64,000 nucleotides of DNA from a virus. Its lineage: Duplodnaviria; Caudoviricetes. Location of the stretch: positions 26,242-90,241 of IMG/VR virus record IMGVR_UViG_2791355164_000001. One strand, written 5' to 3'. Within the stretch, counting starts at the first letter, position 1; each line of letters begins with the position of its first letter. Both the position numbers and the translations under genes were made by a program. This document shows positions 1 through 10,027 of the stretch, one piece after another. The notes below the pieces were generated by a model. That model was not told where the DNA came from and did not search any database. It worked only from the letters and a program-made list of their open reading frames with translations.

Positions 1-159
1 GGTATCGCGTGCAGGACTATGCCAATGACCGCATAACGCTTGATGACGCACTGGCGCAGCAAAACACACCGCACGGTATCCCGGTAGAATTGCTGTCAGC
101 CAGTTAAATAAATCAGAGTAAAAAATTATTAATCAAGAAGATGAATTGAATATTTATTT

Positions 160-462
160 TTAGAAATTAGTAATGCGAGCCATTAAACAGTCTCTATTTT
201 GTATGGCGAATAAGACAGGAACTGCAATGATTGCGGCAGCAGTTATCGCTATACCAATTGTAAAAGCTGCAGCCGTAATTGTAGTTCCTGCAACAATTGC
301 ATCTAGTGCTATCAATCCCCACGTCGCTGTAACACCAATTCCTATATGAGAATAAGCATCGTATGGCACTTCAACACTGCAAGCAAATGCATGTTTTTGA
401 TAGCTTACTAACAATGCCATCGACATAGCTGATAAAACAAAGGTTCTTCTGGATAAGTCCAT
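160..462 (-). CDS. Small hydrophobic protein with twin-arginine-like signal peptide
   Basis: N-terminus MDLSRRTFVL...HAFA resembles a Tat signal; long Ala/Ile/Gly-rich hydrophobic C-half; AT-rich DNA. Confidence 0.5.
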   Translation of the reverse strand: MDLSRRTFVLSAMSMALLVSYQKHAFACSVEVPYDAYSHIGIGVTATWGLIALDAIVAGTTITAAAFTIGIAITAAAIIAVPVLFAIQNRDCLMARITNF

Positions 463-471
463 ATGAGCACC

Positions 472-1008
472 TTACTTAATCTGAGTAAGCACTGGGGTTG
501 CAGAGACGTTATAGAAATTTTTTAATGCAATGGATGTAACAATGCCTGAAAGCGCAGCTTTCTCAGGGGAGTAACCAGAATAAGCCTGCTGTAGCGGCAC
601 AGATGACAGATATTTATCAATAACCTTATGTATACCATCCATGCTAAGTCCGTTCTTATCATAAAATTCTTTAAATATTTGGGCTACCAAAACCATTCGA
701 TATTCTGCCTTTAGCTTAAATATCCTTGTCCATACATTAAGGTCAGGGTCGTGCCTCAGCATGTTAGCTAGCAATATTGATTCGCCACTTTTTATTCTGG
801 GAACTATTTCTTCAATGAACTGGTTGGCTGAATCACCACATGAAGTACTGAAAATGAAAATTTTGCTGTTGTTAGATATTTTTCCGATTGGGAATGAACT
901 CATAAGCTGAGTCTCAGCCCCCCCAAAAACATGATTTTTGGCTGGCTCAATGGATTGGATTTTAACGTCGCTGATCTTGAGAAGTTTGGGTCGGGCTGAC
1001 AGGTCCAT
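472..1008 (-). CDS. Hypothetical protein, possibly degenerate thioredoxin/DsbA fold
   Basis: FIFSTSCGDS (single Cys) and C-terminal NVSATP resembling the cis-Pro loop; AT-rich. Confidence 0.4.
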   Translation of the reverse strand: MDLSARPKLLKISDVKIQSIEPAKNHVFGGAETQLMSSFPIGKISNNSKIFIFSTSCGDSANQFIEEIVPRIKSGESILLANMLRHDPDLNVWTRIFKLKAEYRMVLVAQIFKEFYDKNGLSMDGIHKVIDKYLSSVPLQQAYSGYSPEKAALSGIVTSIALKNFYNVSATPVLTQIK

Positions 1009-1133
1009 TTATAGTTACTCACAGTTAGTAACATAAATTCAATGTAGCGTAGATGGATGGAGGAATGCCACTTTTTTTTTGTGGGTATCATCCCAAAGTT
1101 TGAATGCCCCGCATAAGGCGGGGTCTTTTCGTT

Positions 1134-3536
1134 TCAGAGCACGGCAATTATGTCGTCTGCCGTTTTGCGCGTATCGCCCTTACAGGACACGGATCGGCGT
1201 GCGGCCAGCGGCATGATCCTGAAGCCGTTACGCGTGTACAAATCTACGACTGACGGCGCGCTGCTGTTGGTAATGACTACCTTAGCGCCGCGCTTGCGCG
1301 CTGCCACCAGGCCCTCCACCAGCCGCGTCTGATGCTCAAACGTAAAGGCGTTGCCGCTGTATGCGGTAAAGCCGCTTTCGTCCGGCATCGGCTCATAAGG
1401 CGGATCGCAGAAAACCACATCACCTTCGCCCGCCTGGCCGATCACATCCTCAAACCCGGCGCAGACAAAAGTCATTTCTTTCTGCAGGCCAGCGAAGTGC
1501 TGCAGTTCATCCAGCGGAAAGTAGTTTGTCCCTGCCTTTTTGTTCCAGCCCACGTTAAACAGGCCTTTCAGGTTATACCGGCACAGCCCGTTAAAGCAGG
1601 TGCGCATCAGCGCCAGGAACAGCGCCGCATGCCGCACCGCGTGCGCCTGGCGTCCGTTAAATTCATCGCGTATGGCCACATAGGCTTCGTTAGTGAGACA
1701 GCCCTTTTCCAGCTGGTGAGCCGTATTAATCACGGCGTCCGGGTTGCCCTGCAGTTGATTGAAAAGGTTAATCAGATCCGGGTTGATATCCCCCAGCAGG
1801 TTGCGCTTAAAGCCTGCGTTGATGAATACGGTACCGCTGCCAACAAATGGCTCAATCAGGCGCTTCCCGGCTGGCATTACCGCCAGTATTTCATCAAGCA
1901 CGGAGTGTTTGCCGCCCGCCCATTTCAGGAACGAACGCGGGTATTTATCCTCTGCAACCTTTCGCGCCGGCGCGCGTTTTTTCTTTGCTGCCGGCAGAGC
2001 GGGGAGGTCCACAGGCCGGGTCTCTGCTACGCTGGCCACCAGCATGATCTGATTAGCAATGCGATCGCCAATCCAGCGCATGACCGGTACCGCCATAGAG
2101 TTACCAATCGCTTTATAACGCGGACCATCAGCCGCCAGGCGGTGCGCTTCTTCTTCCGGCATGTCAGGGTGCGTCAGGCGCAGGTAAGCCAGTTCATCAG
2201 CAGCAAGCGCGTTGCGCTTCTTTTCCGGTATCAGTGTCCAGCCATCCGGGAAGCCCTGCAGGCGTTCACATTCTTTGGGCGTCAGGCGCCGGACTTCGCA
2301 GCGGGTGACAATAGAGGGATAGCCCTGTCCGGGCTTTCCGCCGCCGGCCGACAGTGCGCCCGTTATCTGTCCGTCGCCGTTGACCAGGCGGACTTCACCA
2401 CGGGTGTTTTCAGGAAATGCTGCGTGCTCCCCACAGCGGGCAATACATGGTGCTGCATCACCTTTGCCCGTTTCGCCAGATTCAGCGTTAAGCGTGTGGC
2501 ACAGTTCGCCCGTAGCGCTCTGTACTGCGAACGTCTCAACGTCAAAGTCATTACGCTGCCCTTTAGCCGTCAGGCATGCTGCCACATCCAGCGCACCAGA
2601 ACAGTTGCCGCCGCCAAACGCAACAGGTTCAGCAACGAGCCCGGCGCCACGTTGGCTGAAAACTTCCTGATTGCTGGTGCCTATTCCGCCTGTATTAAAT
2701 GACTGGTACAGGGTTGGGTGAGGGTTGCCCGCGTCGTCCCAATGGCTACTGACTTTAACGCCAGCTGCAAAAGTGTCGGGAGCTGCCTTCCCCGGTTTTC
2801 TGCACGGCGGAGAATCCCGGCGCAGGCCGTCGAACTCAAGAAGTATTTCTGCGGGATCAACATCGTTTCGAGCACTTGCGACAACGAAGATACGACGGCG
2901 GCGTTGGGCCACTCCGAAGAATTGGGCATCAAGGAGCCGCCAGGCAAGCTGCCGCTGCGGTCCGTAAATACAACCAGACTTCGGCCATTTCGCCAAATGC
3001 TCACCGGCGCTGCTTCCTTTTTCGGGGTCTTTCTTCCATCGCCAGAACTCGTTACTTTTGCCGCGCTCAGGTCTTGGGCCTGGTTCAAATGCTTCATTTT
3101 CGCCAGCTATTCCGGCAAGGAAGAATCCAAAGGCGTTGTCAGGTGTGCTGAGACTTCCTGGCACGTTTTCCCACAGGTGGACGGCAGGCTGCTCGCCGTT
3201 TTCAATTCGTTTTTCATCAATGGCGTTCGCTAAATCTACATAAGAAAGGGAGAGCTGACCGCGCGGGTCGTCAAGGCTTTTACGGAGCCCGGCGATAGAA
3301 AACGCCTGGCAGGGGGTACCGCCAACCATGACGGCCGGCGCCGGAATAGAACCGGCGCGAACGCCGGCCGCAATCTTTGTCATGTCGCCCAGGTTCGGCA
3401 CGTCCGGGTAACGGTGAGCCAGCACGGCTGCAGGAAACTTTTCTATCTCAGCAAACCATGCGGCTGTCCATCCCAGCCCGTCCCAGGCCACGCTGGCCGC
3501 TTCAATGCCGGAACAGATAGAGCCGTAAGTGATCAT
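1134..3536 (-). CDS. dmt: Bifunctional DNA methyltransferase (C5-cytosine MTase fused to Dam-type adenine MTase), P1 Dmt-like
   Basis: N-half SICSGIEA, GGTPCQAFS, WENV, QRRRRIF, ERLQGFP, YKAIGNS; C-half KWAGGK, EPFVGSG, DPPY. Confidence 0.92.
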   Translation of the reverse strand: MITYGSICSGIEAASVAWDGLGWTAAWFAEIEKFPAAVLAHRYPDVPNLGDMTKIAAGVRAGSIPAPAVMVGGTPCQAFSIAGLRKSLDDPRGQLSLSYVDLANAIDEKRIENGEQPAVHLWENVPGSLSTPDNAFGFFLAGIAGENEAFEPGPRPERGKSNEFWRWKKDPEKGSSAGEHLAKWPKSGCIYGPQRQLAWRLLDAQFFGVAQRRRRIFVVASARNDVDPAEILLEFDGLRRDSPPCRKPGKAAPDTFAAGVKVSSHWDDAGNPHPTLYQSFNTGGIGTSNQEVFSQRGAGLVAEPVAFGGGNCSGALDVAACLTAKGQRNDFDVETFAVQSATGELCHTLNAESGETGKGDAAPCIARCGEHAAFPENTRGEVRLVNGDGQITGALSAGGGKPGQGYPSIVTRCEVRRLTPKECERLQGFPDGWTLIPEKKRNALAADELAYLRLTHPDMPEEEAHRLAADGPRYKAIGNSMAVPVMRWIGDRIANQIMLVASVAETRPVDLPALPAAKKKRAPARKVAEDKYPRSFLKWAGGKHSVLDEILAVMPAGKRLIEPFVGSGTVFINAGFKRNLLGDINPDLINLFNQLQGNPDAVINTAHQLEKGCLTNEAYVAIRDEFNGRQAHAVRHAALFLALMRTCFNGLCRYNLKGLFNVGWNKKAGTNYFPLDELQHFAGLQKEMTFVCAGFEDVIGQAGEGDVVFCDPPYEPMPDESGFTAYSGNAFTFEHQTRLVEGLVAARKRGAKVVITNSSAPSVVDLYTRNGFRIMPLAARRSVSCKGDTRKTADDIIAVL

Positions 3537-4441
3537 CGTTTTGCCTCACCGCCCAGTGCATCCACCAGCCCGGAGAAGAAAGCAGAAAACTCGGACGTGA
3601 ACAGCATAAAATCAGCCAGCATGCGTGCGCGCTGATCCTCACGGTCAATATCATCGTTCTGCTCAGTGAGCATGTCGGCATACTTAATGCCCTTAATGCT
3701 CAAATCGTCCGCCACACGGCAGAAAATGCGATTCTGCCAGTCAAGGCTCAGGTGCGTGACTACTTTCCCTGCCTCAATATGCGCGCGCACTTCATCGCTG
3801 ATTAGATCCTGCTTCTTACAGCGGATTTTGCCGCCTTCTTCCAGAATCGCCGCGAGCTCGGCCTCGTCGCCCAGCAAAAAGCCCGCCGGCAGGTCGCCGG
3901 AGCGCAGCCATTCAGTCAGCGTGAGCTCGACAGGCTCCTCAGCCATCAGCGGCACAACCGGCAGCGAGCCGATAGTTTTGCGCAGCATGGCGAGCATATC
4001 CTCTGCCGCTTTAGCGCTGGCTGCGTCAACGTAGATGCGGCTGTTCACGCTGTCGATCCAGATATAAGCCTGCGTGCGGCGGGTAAAGGCGCGCGGCAGC
4101 AGCGTGTAAAGGGCTTCATCCTTCAGGGAAACGCGTTCACTGCGACGCACCTTGCGCGCCTCTTCCTGCTCAATTTTCGCCACGCGGTCAGCCACAAACT
4201 CGTTAAGCGTGGCGGCGGGCATGATTTTGCTTTCGGTCTGACAGCACAGGAGGTACTGACCGTTTTCAGCCAGCAGCAATTCCTCTGAGGTAACGCTGAT
4301 CCAGCCTGATTTCGCCATGTCCTGCGCGGCACAGGGAGTAAACGCCATCGCCTGCAGCTGCTGCGCCAGTTCTTCCGCGTCCAACGGAATTTCCCGGTTC
4401 AGGCCGTAGACCATGACGTTTTTGAAGAAGGGAGATTTCAT
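3533..4441 (-). CDS. rdgC: Recombination-associated protein RdgC
   Basis: FFKN start, FTPC, LLPRAF, LRKTIGSLPVVPL, ADFMLF, LGGEA end typical of RdgC. Confidence 0.92.
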   Translation of the reverse strand: MKSPFFKNVMVYGLNREIPLDAEELAQQLQAMAFTPCAAQDMAKSGWISVTSEELLLAENGQYLLCCQTESKIMPAATLNEFVADRVAKIEQEEARKVRRSERVSLKDEALYTLLPRAFTRRTQAYIWIDSVNSRIYVDAASAKAAEDMLAMLRKTIGSLPVVPLMAEEPVELTLTEWLRSGDLPAGFLLGDEAELAAILEEGGKIRCKKQDLISDEVRAHIEAGKVVTHLSLDWQNRIFCRVADDLSIKGIKYADMLTEQNDDIDREDQRARMLADFMLFTSEFSAFFSGLVDALGGEAKR

Positions 4442-4472
4442 GCAGAAAAGCCTCAATGCGGATATTAATCAC

Positions 4473-4494
4473 ATTCTAAGGATTTTCTTAGATT
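4473..4494. promoter_or_regulatory. Putative bivalent repressor operator upstream of rdgC-dmt
   Basis: ATTCTAAGGATTTTCTTAGATT; AWTCTAAG half-sites on both strands, motif recurring in many intergenic regions. Confidence 0.65.
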
Positions 4495-4505
4495 ACGCAT
4501 AATAA

Positions 4506-5114
4506 TTACTGACTGAACTCAAACTGAGGCGCTGTAGCGCTGAAAGTATCGCCTGAATCAAACACGGTTTTCCCGCCTGCTTTGACCTTCACATTGCCGC
4601 CCACGTCGATAACCAGATCACCCGGCCCCAGAATATAAATCTGCCCGCTTTCGTTCATGCCTATGCGTGAACTGCTGGCCGTGTTGGTAATTTCATACCC
4701 GCCACCAGCGGACCGGATTTCCAGCAGATTATTGCGGTGGGAGACAAAATCATCCGTTGCGCTCAGGGCAGGGCGCGCCGGTGCGCCGTCAACGGCTGGT
4801 GGCTCGTAGGCGCTGCCCTGTCCGGAGGCTTCAGGTGCCACGCTTGGCACGCCACCTGGCGCTGATTGTGCCGCACCGGTGATAAGCGGCCGGCGCGTGT
4901 CCGGGCGCCCGCGCGCGTCGGTATACGGGAACTCTACCCACACTTCATCCCCCGTTTTGCAGGGAACAAACGCGTTGCCTATCGGCAGCTGGTATTCAGC
5001 CCAGGGCAGTGTTTCTGCTTCGACGTCCGCCCACTGCGGCGTCAGGCGGATCTGCGCGCGCATGTGTCCTGCCGGGTCTTTGGTGGCCGTGATTACGGCG
5101 CGTTGCTTACTCAC
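4506..5114 (-). CDS. Baseplate spike/gpV-like protein (P1 gp5-like)
   Basis: DP..MRAQIR, LPWAEY, GDEVWVEF OB-fold motifs, beta-rich C-terminus; synteny with P1 5-6-24-7-25-26. Confidence 0.7.
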   Translation of the reverse strand: MSKQRAVITATKDPAGHMRAQIRLTPQWADVEAETLPWAEYQLPIGNAFVPCKTGDEVWVEFPYTDARGRPDTRRPLITGAAQSAPGGVPSVAPEASGQGSAYEPPAVDGAPARPALSATDDFVSHRNNLLEIRSAGGGYEITNTASSSRIGMNESGQIYILGPGDLVIDVGGNVKVKAGGKTVFDSGDTFSATAPQFEFSQ

Positions 5115-6103
5115 TGGTTGGGTACTCCTAAAATCATGCGCGTGGTGTAGCCAATGCGATCCTCATGGTGAATGGCCGCTGCAACGATAAAGTTTTTCGG
5201 CAGCGTTTCGTCCGTCTGGTTTTCCGGGTCATAGCGGTGGATCTGTACGCCTATCACCATGCCAGCGGTAATGTCCGCGTTGCCGCTGACCTCGATATCC
5301 AGCTTTGGAATAAGCACGCGCCCCATGTTGGTGAGCGTGGCCACGTCGGCATCAGAGATATATTTAACCGGCTTGGATTTATCGCCCACGGCAATGTAGC
5401 CGTCAGTCATGGAGTAACCCACAAACTGATAATCAGCGCTGCTTGTGGCGGCGGCGTCCTGGTTGATATGGCTCAGTTTGCTTATCGTGTATTCCGCTTT
5501 CGGGTTATTGGCTTCATAGACAACCGCCGGTTTCGTGCCAATGAGTTTGCCTATCTCCTTCATGCAGAACATGCCGCGGGCGCACCACACCAGCGCGCCA
5601 TGATCTTCTGCCATCTGGCGCAGAACGCCGGACGGCTTCTCGCTCATATTCAGGTGATAGGTCATCGCTTTTTTGAATGCGTCAGCCTCGATCGTCAGTG
5701 TGCCGGCAAACTCTTTCATGACGTCGCCAGGCTGACGATCGGCGTACAGGCGCACGCGGGCTGAGGGCGTTTTCAGTCGCTTCAGGTCGGCTGACACGGC
5801 GATAATGCGCACCACGTCGCCGCTGGCCGGCGCGGACGTAACGAAAAACGTCTCACGGTACGCGCCGCGCTTCCCGGTCGGGTCGCCCAGCTCCGCCACC
5901 AGCGTTGCGCCGTAGCGGGCGCCCATTTCGTCCATCAGTTTGCCTTCCGGATCGTGCGCCTCCAGCACCAGCAGCGGGGCAGTGAGGGCGGTTTTCTCAA
6001 TGTAGAGCGCCGACGTTATCCAGCTGCGCGGCAGTTCTTTGTCATTGATGATCACCGACTGCAGGAAGTACTGCATGGGCTTGTTCTTCTGCTCTGCTGC
6101 CAT
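5111..6103 (-). CDS. Baseplate hub/tail protein (P1 gp6-like)
   Basis: 330 aa, translationally coupled in tail block; size and position match P1 gene 6. Confidence 0.6.
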   Translation of the reverse strand: MAAEQKNKPMQYFLQSVIINDKELPRSWITSALYIEKTALTAPLLVLEAHDPEGKLMDEMGARYGATLVAELGDPTGKRGAYRETFFVTSAPASGDVVRIIAVSADLKRLKTPSARVRLYADRQPGDVMKEFAGTLTIEADAFKKAMTYHLNMSEKPSGVLRQMAEDHGALVWCARGMFCMKEIGKLIGTKPAVVYEANNPKAEYTISKLSHINQDAAATSSADYQFVGYSMTDGYIAVGDKSKPVKYISDADVATLTNMGRVLIPKLDIEVSGNADITAGMVIGVQIHRYDPENQTDETLPKNFIVAAAIHHEDRIGYTTRMILGVPNQ

Positions 6104-6106
6104 CCG

Positions 6107-6880
6107 TTATGCCCCCGCCGGCGCAAGCTGCGTGTCGTGGCGCACGCTGCGCGCGGTGACTTCGTATGCGGTCAGCACGTCCACCATGACGATCATCGAC
6201 GTCTGGCAGGCGTAAATGCGCTCCTGCGAGAACGGCGGCGACATATCGCTGAACATGATCGATTTGGCGTCCTGAATGCTGCAGTTGAGCTCAACAGGCC
6301 AGCCAGCCAGCTTGTCATGCGCCATAAAGCGGGTGGAAAGGCGGGAGCGGAAGTTAGCGGCCAGCGTATTGCACATCAGCGACAGCGTATCTTTGTCGCT
6401 GGCAATCAGCGTGATGGTGTAGTTCAGCGAGGCCTGCGCGGCTTCGATCTCCGCCAGCGGCTCATCATCCTGCGCAGACGCGATCACATCGGCGTAGTTG
6501 CGGCGGTCAATCTCATGATCGTTGTTGTCGTAGGTGATATCGAACCCGCGGGAGAGGTTGATAACCGGCAGCGCGTCGCGGTTGAGGTTCGGCATATCTT
6601 CCTGCTTTACGCTGTGGCGTCCGGCGCCCGCCTGGCGGACGGCGCGCAGGAACTCCAGCACATCATCAAACTTGCCGACGAATACCCGATCCTCCGGTTT
6701 GCGTGCCAGGAAGGCGGCGTAGCGCGCTTCATGCGGGCGCGGTGCGACAATGACAGCGCCGCGGAACACATCATTCAGCGCCTTTGCAATGGCGGCATCA
6801 GCAGCGGTAAAGCCCGTACTCTGCATCTGGCCGGTGCGCGTGGTTTCCCATTCACGGGTGCGGGCGAGTAATTGTTTCAT
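6107..6880 (-). CDS. Tail/baseplate stability protein (P1 gp24-like)
   Basis: 257 aa, synteny. Confidence 0.6.
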   Translation of the reverse strand: MKQLLARTREWETTRTGQMQSTGFTAADAAIAKALNDVFRGAVIVAPRPHEARYAAFLARKPEDRVFVGKFDDVLEFLRAVRQAGAGRHSVKQEDMPNLNRDALPVINLSRGFDITYDNNDHEIDRRNYADVIASAQDDEPLAEIEAAQASLNYTITLIASDKDTLSLMCNTLAANFRSRLSTRFMAHDKLAGWPVELNCSIQDAKSIMFSDMSPPFSQERIYACQTSMIVMVDVLTAYEVTARSVRHDTQLAPAGA

Positions 6881-7662
6881 TCGATACGTCCGTTGCTGGT
6901 GGTGTCAAAGTTGCGGGCGGGAATGCAGTAGTAGAGCGATCCGACGTTCTGCGTGCCGAAGCCGTAAATGCGGTGGACGTACCACCAGCGGCGCGCCAGG
7001 GTGCCGCTGGCCATCTCTTCGTTCCACTCAAGAATTGAGCCAACCGGCACGCCTTCTGCAGCAATGCGCAGGATCAGCACGTCATCGGTTAAACCGTCCT
7101 GCTCGTCGCCGGCATCGAGCACCTGAAAGCTCTCGCGCTCGTCCGGGCAGTCCAGCACCGTGACAATGGCCGGATCGGCATCCTGATAGCTCAGCGTGCG
7201 CTGGTTGTTGTTCAGTTCGGTAAACACGGGTTGTTCAAAGCCGGTTTCGTCGTCCACCTCGCCCACGTCGCGCATATCCGGCAGGTACAGCAGCGCCTGA
7301 AACGCGCTGTAGTCGCTCTCAATTGCCTTAACCCAGTCGCGGCGGACCATGTTGTTAAAGGGGGCGTGACCTTTAAAGCGGGGCTTAATCGCCGTGCTCT
7401 GCTCGCGTGCGGCCAAAGAGTCCGGCAGCGGGGCGCTCAGCGGGTCATAATTTTCACTGCTGCTGCCGTCAGGGTCATCAGCACCGCCAGTGGCAACGCC
7501 ATCGGGTGAGGCGGCGGCGGATTCGCCAGACGCTTCCAGATCGGTTGCAGCGCTGCTGCTGTCCGGCACATCTTCTGCAGGCGCGGGCTGCTCTGTTTCA
7601 CTGCGGGTTTCCTCGCTGGTGGAAGGGGGCGTGTCATTAAGAAATTCGTCGTAGCGTCCCAT
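6877..7662 (-). CDS. Tail stability protein (P1 gp7-like)
   Basis: 261 aa, acidic low-complexity N-terminus, synteny. Confidence 0.6.
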   Translation of the reverse strand: MGRYDEFLNDTPPSTSEETRSETEQPAPAEDVPDSSSAATDLEASGESAAASPDGVATGGADDPDGSSSENYDPLSAPLPDSLAAREQSTAIKPRFKGHAPFNNMVRRDWVKAIESDYSAFQALLYLPDMRDVGEVDDETGFEQPVFTELNNNQRTLSYQDADPAIVTVLDCPDERESFQVLDAGDEQDGLTDDVLILRIAAEGVPVGSILEWNEEMASGTLARRWWYVHRIYGFGTQNVGSLYYCIPARNFDTTSNGRIE

Positions 7663-8876
7663 TACTGATTACCTGCTTTTGTCTGGTTCTTTGCGTAGTC
7701 GATAAACATTTTTTCCGCCTGCGCGCGCGGCGTGCCGCTCAGCACCAGGGCATCAATGAACGTCTGGCGCTGGATCTTCGCCTGGTCGGCCAGCTGCTGA
7801 CGCAGCAGCGCGTTTTTCGCCTTTTCGTCCGCCAGCTGCGCCTGCTTTTTCGCCGCGCGGGCGCGCTCCGTGGCAGTAACCTTTTTGGCGCGGGTCAGCT
7901 GGCCGCGCAGCTTATCGATCCGGCCATCGTCGTTGTTCAGCCGCTTCGCCAGCGCGCCCATGCGCTTCTGGTATTTCTCATGCTCGCGCTTTACGGCGGC
8001 GGCGTTGGTCTGCGAGTTACGGTTGCGGTTGAACTTCGCCTTATCGGCGTCGGTGAAGTGCTCAGTGGTTTTACGCGGATCATCGCCGTAAGCGTTGTTG
8101 CCGGCGCTTTTGAGCATCGCCTGGCCGATCCGCACCTGCCATGAGGCGGACTGCAGGCGTGTGAAGGCGTGAATGACGTGCTTACAGGCCACGCCTTTCA
8201 GGTTCGGGTTTTTCTCTTTTGGGTAGGCGTACTCTTTTGGCGGGGCAAGGGCGAAGTTGCCCGCTGTGGCAATGTAGCGGTACCAGTACTGGTGACGGCC
8301 ACAATCGCAATCAAAAGAGACGCGGCCAGCGCAGAGTCGCTTAGCAATTTTGGCGCTGTCTTTGCCATCCGTGACCTCCTCGATCAGCTGATCCCACTCC
8401 TCAAAGCGGAACTTCACGCGGTGATGTTTATCAACCGATACGGCGGACGCCTCCACGCTTACCGTGAGCACGTTGTGTTTGAGCGTGGTGGGCGTGGCGC
8501 GCTTAATACCGGAACCGTCGTCCACGCGGTTATTGGCGCGCTTAATGTCGATCTGCTGACTGCCTGCCACCAGCTGCGCATACGTGATCCCCGCAACAGC
8601 CGCATTAAACTGCTGGCGTGCGCCGGCGCGGTTTTTCTCAAACCCTTTAAGATCCTCTCTGGTGTAGAAGGTGCCGGACTTCTTTTTGCCCAGGGCAATA
8701 ATGTCGTCGAGCGCCTTGTTCTTCAGGGTGAGAGGGCTAAGCGTGCGGTGCGCAATGCGGCGCGAACGCCGGCGGTCTTTGTCTATCTGGTCGAACACGC
8801 GGGAGAACTCTTTCGAGGAGAGCCCGGCGGTGTCATAGCGCCCGGATTCGGTGCGGGCAAACGGAGTATCAGCCAC
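7662..8876 (-). CDS. Tail protein (P1 gp25-like) with SWIM-type Zn finger
   Basis: CDC...CKH motif; 404 aa; synteny. Confidence 0.65.
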   Translation of the reverse strand: MADTPFARTESGRYDTAGLSSKEFSRVFDQIDKDRRRSRRIAHRTLSPLTLKNKALDDIIALGKKKSGTFYTREDLKGFEKNRAGARQQFNAAVAGITYAQLVAGSQQIDIKRANNRVDDGSGIKRATPTTLKHNVLTVSVEASAVSVDKHHRVKFRFEEWDQLIEEVTDGKDSAKIAKRLCAGRVSFDCDCGRHQYWYRYIATAGNFALAPPKEYAYPKEKNPNLKGVACKHVIHAFTRLQSASWQVRIGQAMLKSAGNNAYGDDPRKTTEHFTDADKAKFNRNRNSQTNAAAVKREHEKYQKRMGALAKRLNNDDGRIDKLRGQLTRAKKVTATERARAAKKQAQLADEKAKNALLRQQLADQAKIQRQTFIDALVLSGTPRAQAEKMFIDYAKNQTKAGNQ

Positions 8877-9201
8877 TGATTAACTCCGGCTTGCCGCCCG
8901 CGTATTCGCGCATGCGGTTACGCAGCCATGCCATATCCGGCAGGGAAAGCGTCTGGCCGGCGGGCAGCGGCTCCATCTCTGACTCAATCCCGCACAGCAG
9001 CCGGAAGATCCAGCGCAAATCCGCGTTGCCCTCATAGGCGCGGTATGCCGCCAGGTCAGCGCGGAATATCTCGTCGAGACGGATGGTGTAGTCCTGATTC
9101 TCTTCGTGAAAAGAGGCGGAACGCTTTATAACTTCCTGGTGAAAGAGGCTGCGCAGCACCACATCCTCAATAGAGCGATCGTCGAGGCGGTTATAACTCA
9201 C
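8869..9201 (-). CDS. Baseplate protein (P1 gp26-like, LysM-like)
   Basis: RADLAAYRAY...LRW...GQTLSLP pattern; synteny. Confidence 0.65.
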   Translation of the reverse strand: MSYNRLDDRSIEDVVLRSLFHQEVIKRSASFHEENQDYTIRLDEIFRADLAAYRAYEGNADLRWIFRLLCGIESEMEPLPAGQTLSLPDMAWLRNRMREYAGGKPELISG

Positions 9202-9851
9202 AGAATCCGCTCCTCGTCGCTGATGCGCATCCCGGCCAGCGTCTCCGGCACAGCCTCAGCGGCTTTGATTTTCTCGTAGCCGATAAGGCGCTTAAACGCG
9301 TCCATGACGGACGGCTTTTCATCTGCTGCAGCGGCGCTCATGGCGTTAACGTAGTCCGCTGACGCCACGTTGTTGTAGCCCACGGCAAAGCAGCACAGGA
9401 TGGTGAGCACATGCTCCGGGCGTATATCACGCCAGTTGATGCGGTACACCTCCTCGCCGCTGGCGTTGTACTCCACCTCCACGATGGAATCGGGGATCTC
9501 GAAAGCACCTTTGTTTTCTTTTGGCAGCGCGAGATTTTCCTGCAGCATGAGCTCGTTGTAACGCTCAATACCGATCAGCACCGCCGCGCGGCCATCGCTG
9601 CCTTTTGCTTTGAGAGAAACATGATTGCCGCCCACGACGCCGGCCACTTTGCCCGTGGCTTCATCCACCAGCACCTTAAAGCCCTGCGCGCGCAGCGTTT
9701 CAATGTAGGGCGTGAGTTTGGCTACCTGCGCCCGCATGCCCTTTGGCAGCGGCTGCGGCTTTGACATGACCAGCGTATGATCTTCGTAAATGGCGGTGAT
9801 CGCCATTGGCTGACTGGTTGAGAGACTGATTACTGCGATTTTCTGTTTCAC
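9198..9851 (-). CDS. mat: Particle maturation protein (P1 Mat-like)
   Basis: Resembles P1 Mat as recalled (DGRAA, KGAFEIPDSIV, INWRDIRPEH); lies downstream of ref with a late-promoter motif upstream. Confidence 0.55.
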   Translation of the reverse strand: MKQKIAVISLSTSQPMAITAIYEDHTLVMSKPQPLPKGMRAQVAKLTPYIETLRAQGFKVLVDEATGKVAGVVGGNHVSLKAKGSDGRAAVLIGIERYNELMLQENLALPKENKGAFEIPDSIVEVEYNASGEEVYRINWRDIRPEHVLTILCCFAVGYNNVASADYVNAMSAAAADEKPSVMDAFKRLIGYEKIKAAEAVPETLAGMRISDEERIL

Positions 9852-9980
9852 GTCTGTACCCCTGAAAAGGCGAAAGGCCGCATATAGCGGCCTCTCTGGC
9901 TTTTAACGTTCCCAACCGCGCGTTGCAGATTAGGTAAGTTGTCAAAAATTCCATCAGGGAACCGCTAACAGCTTGGGGCG

Positions 9981-10002
9981 ACTTTAAGCGGTTTGTAATT
10001 TG
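9981..10002 (-). promoter_or_regulatory. Putative late promoter for the mat-tail operon
   Basis: CAAATTACA-N7-TAAAGT on minus strand; same geometry before pacA, pro and lyz. Confidence 0.7.
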
Positions 10003-10027
10003 TGATGTTAGGTGTCAAACATTTTTT

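Noticed and set aside
1071-1080. Poly-T tract as a phase-variation switch for the 472-1008 gene
   Set aside because: Shifted frames hit stops, and a TAA directly precedes the ATG.
1332-2702. 456-aa ORF on the plus strand
   Set aside because: Antisense shadow of dmt.
1134-3536. Dcm-Dam fusion as a novelty
   Set aside because: Already known from P1 Dmt.
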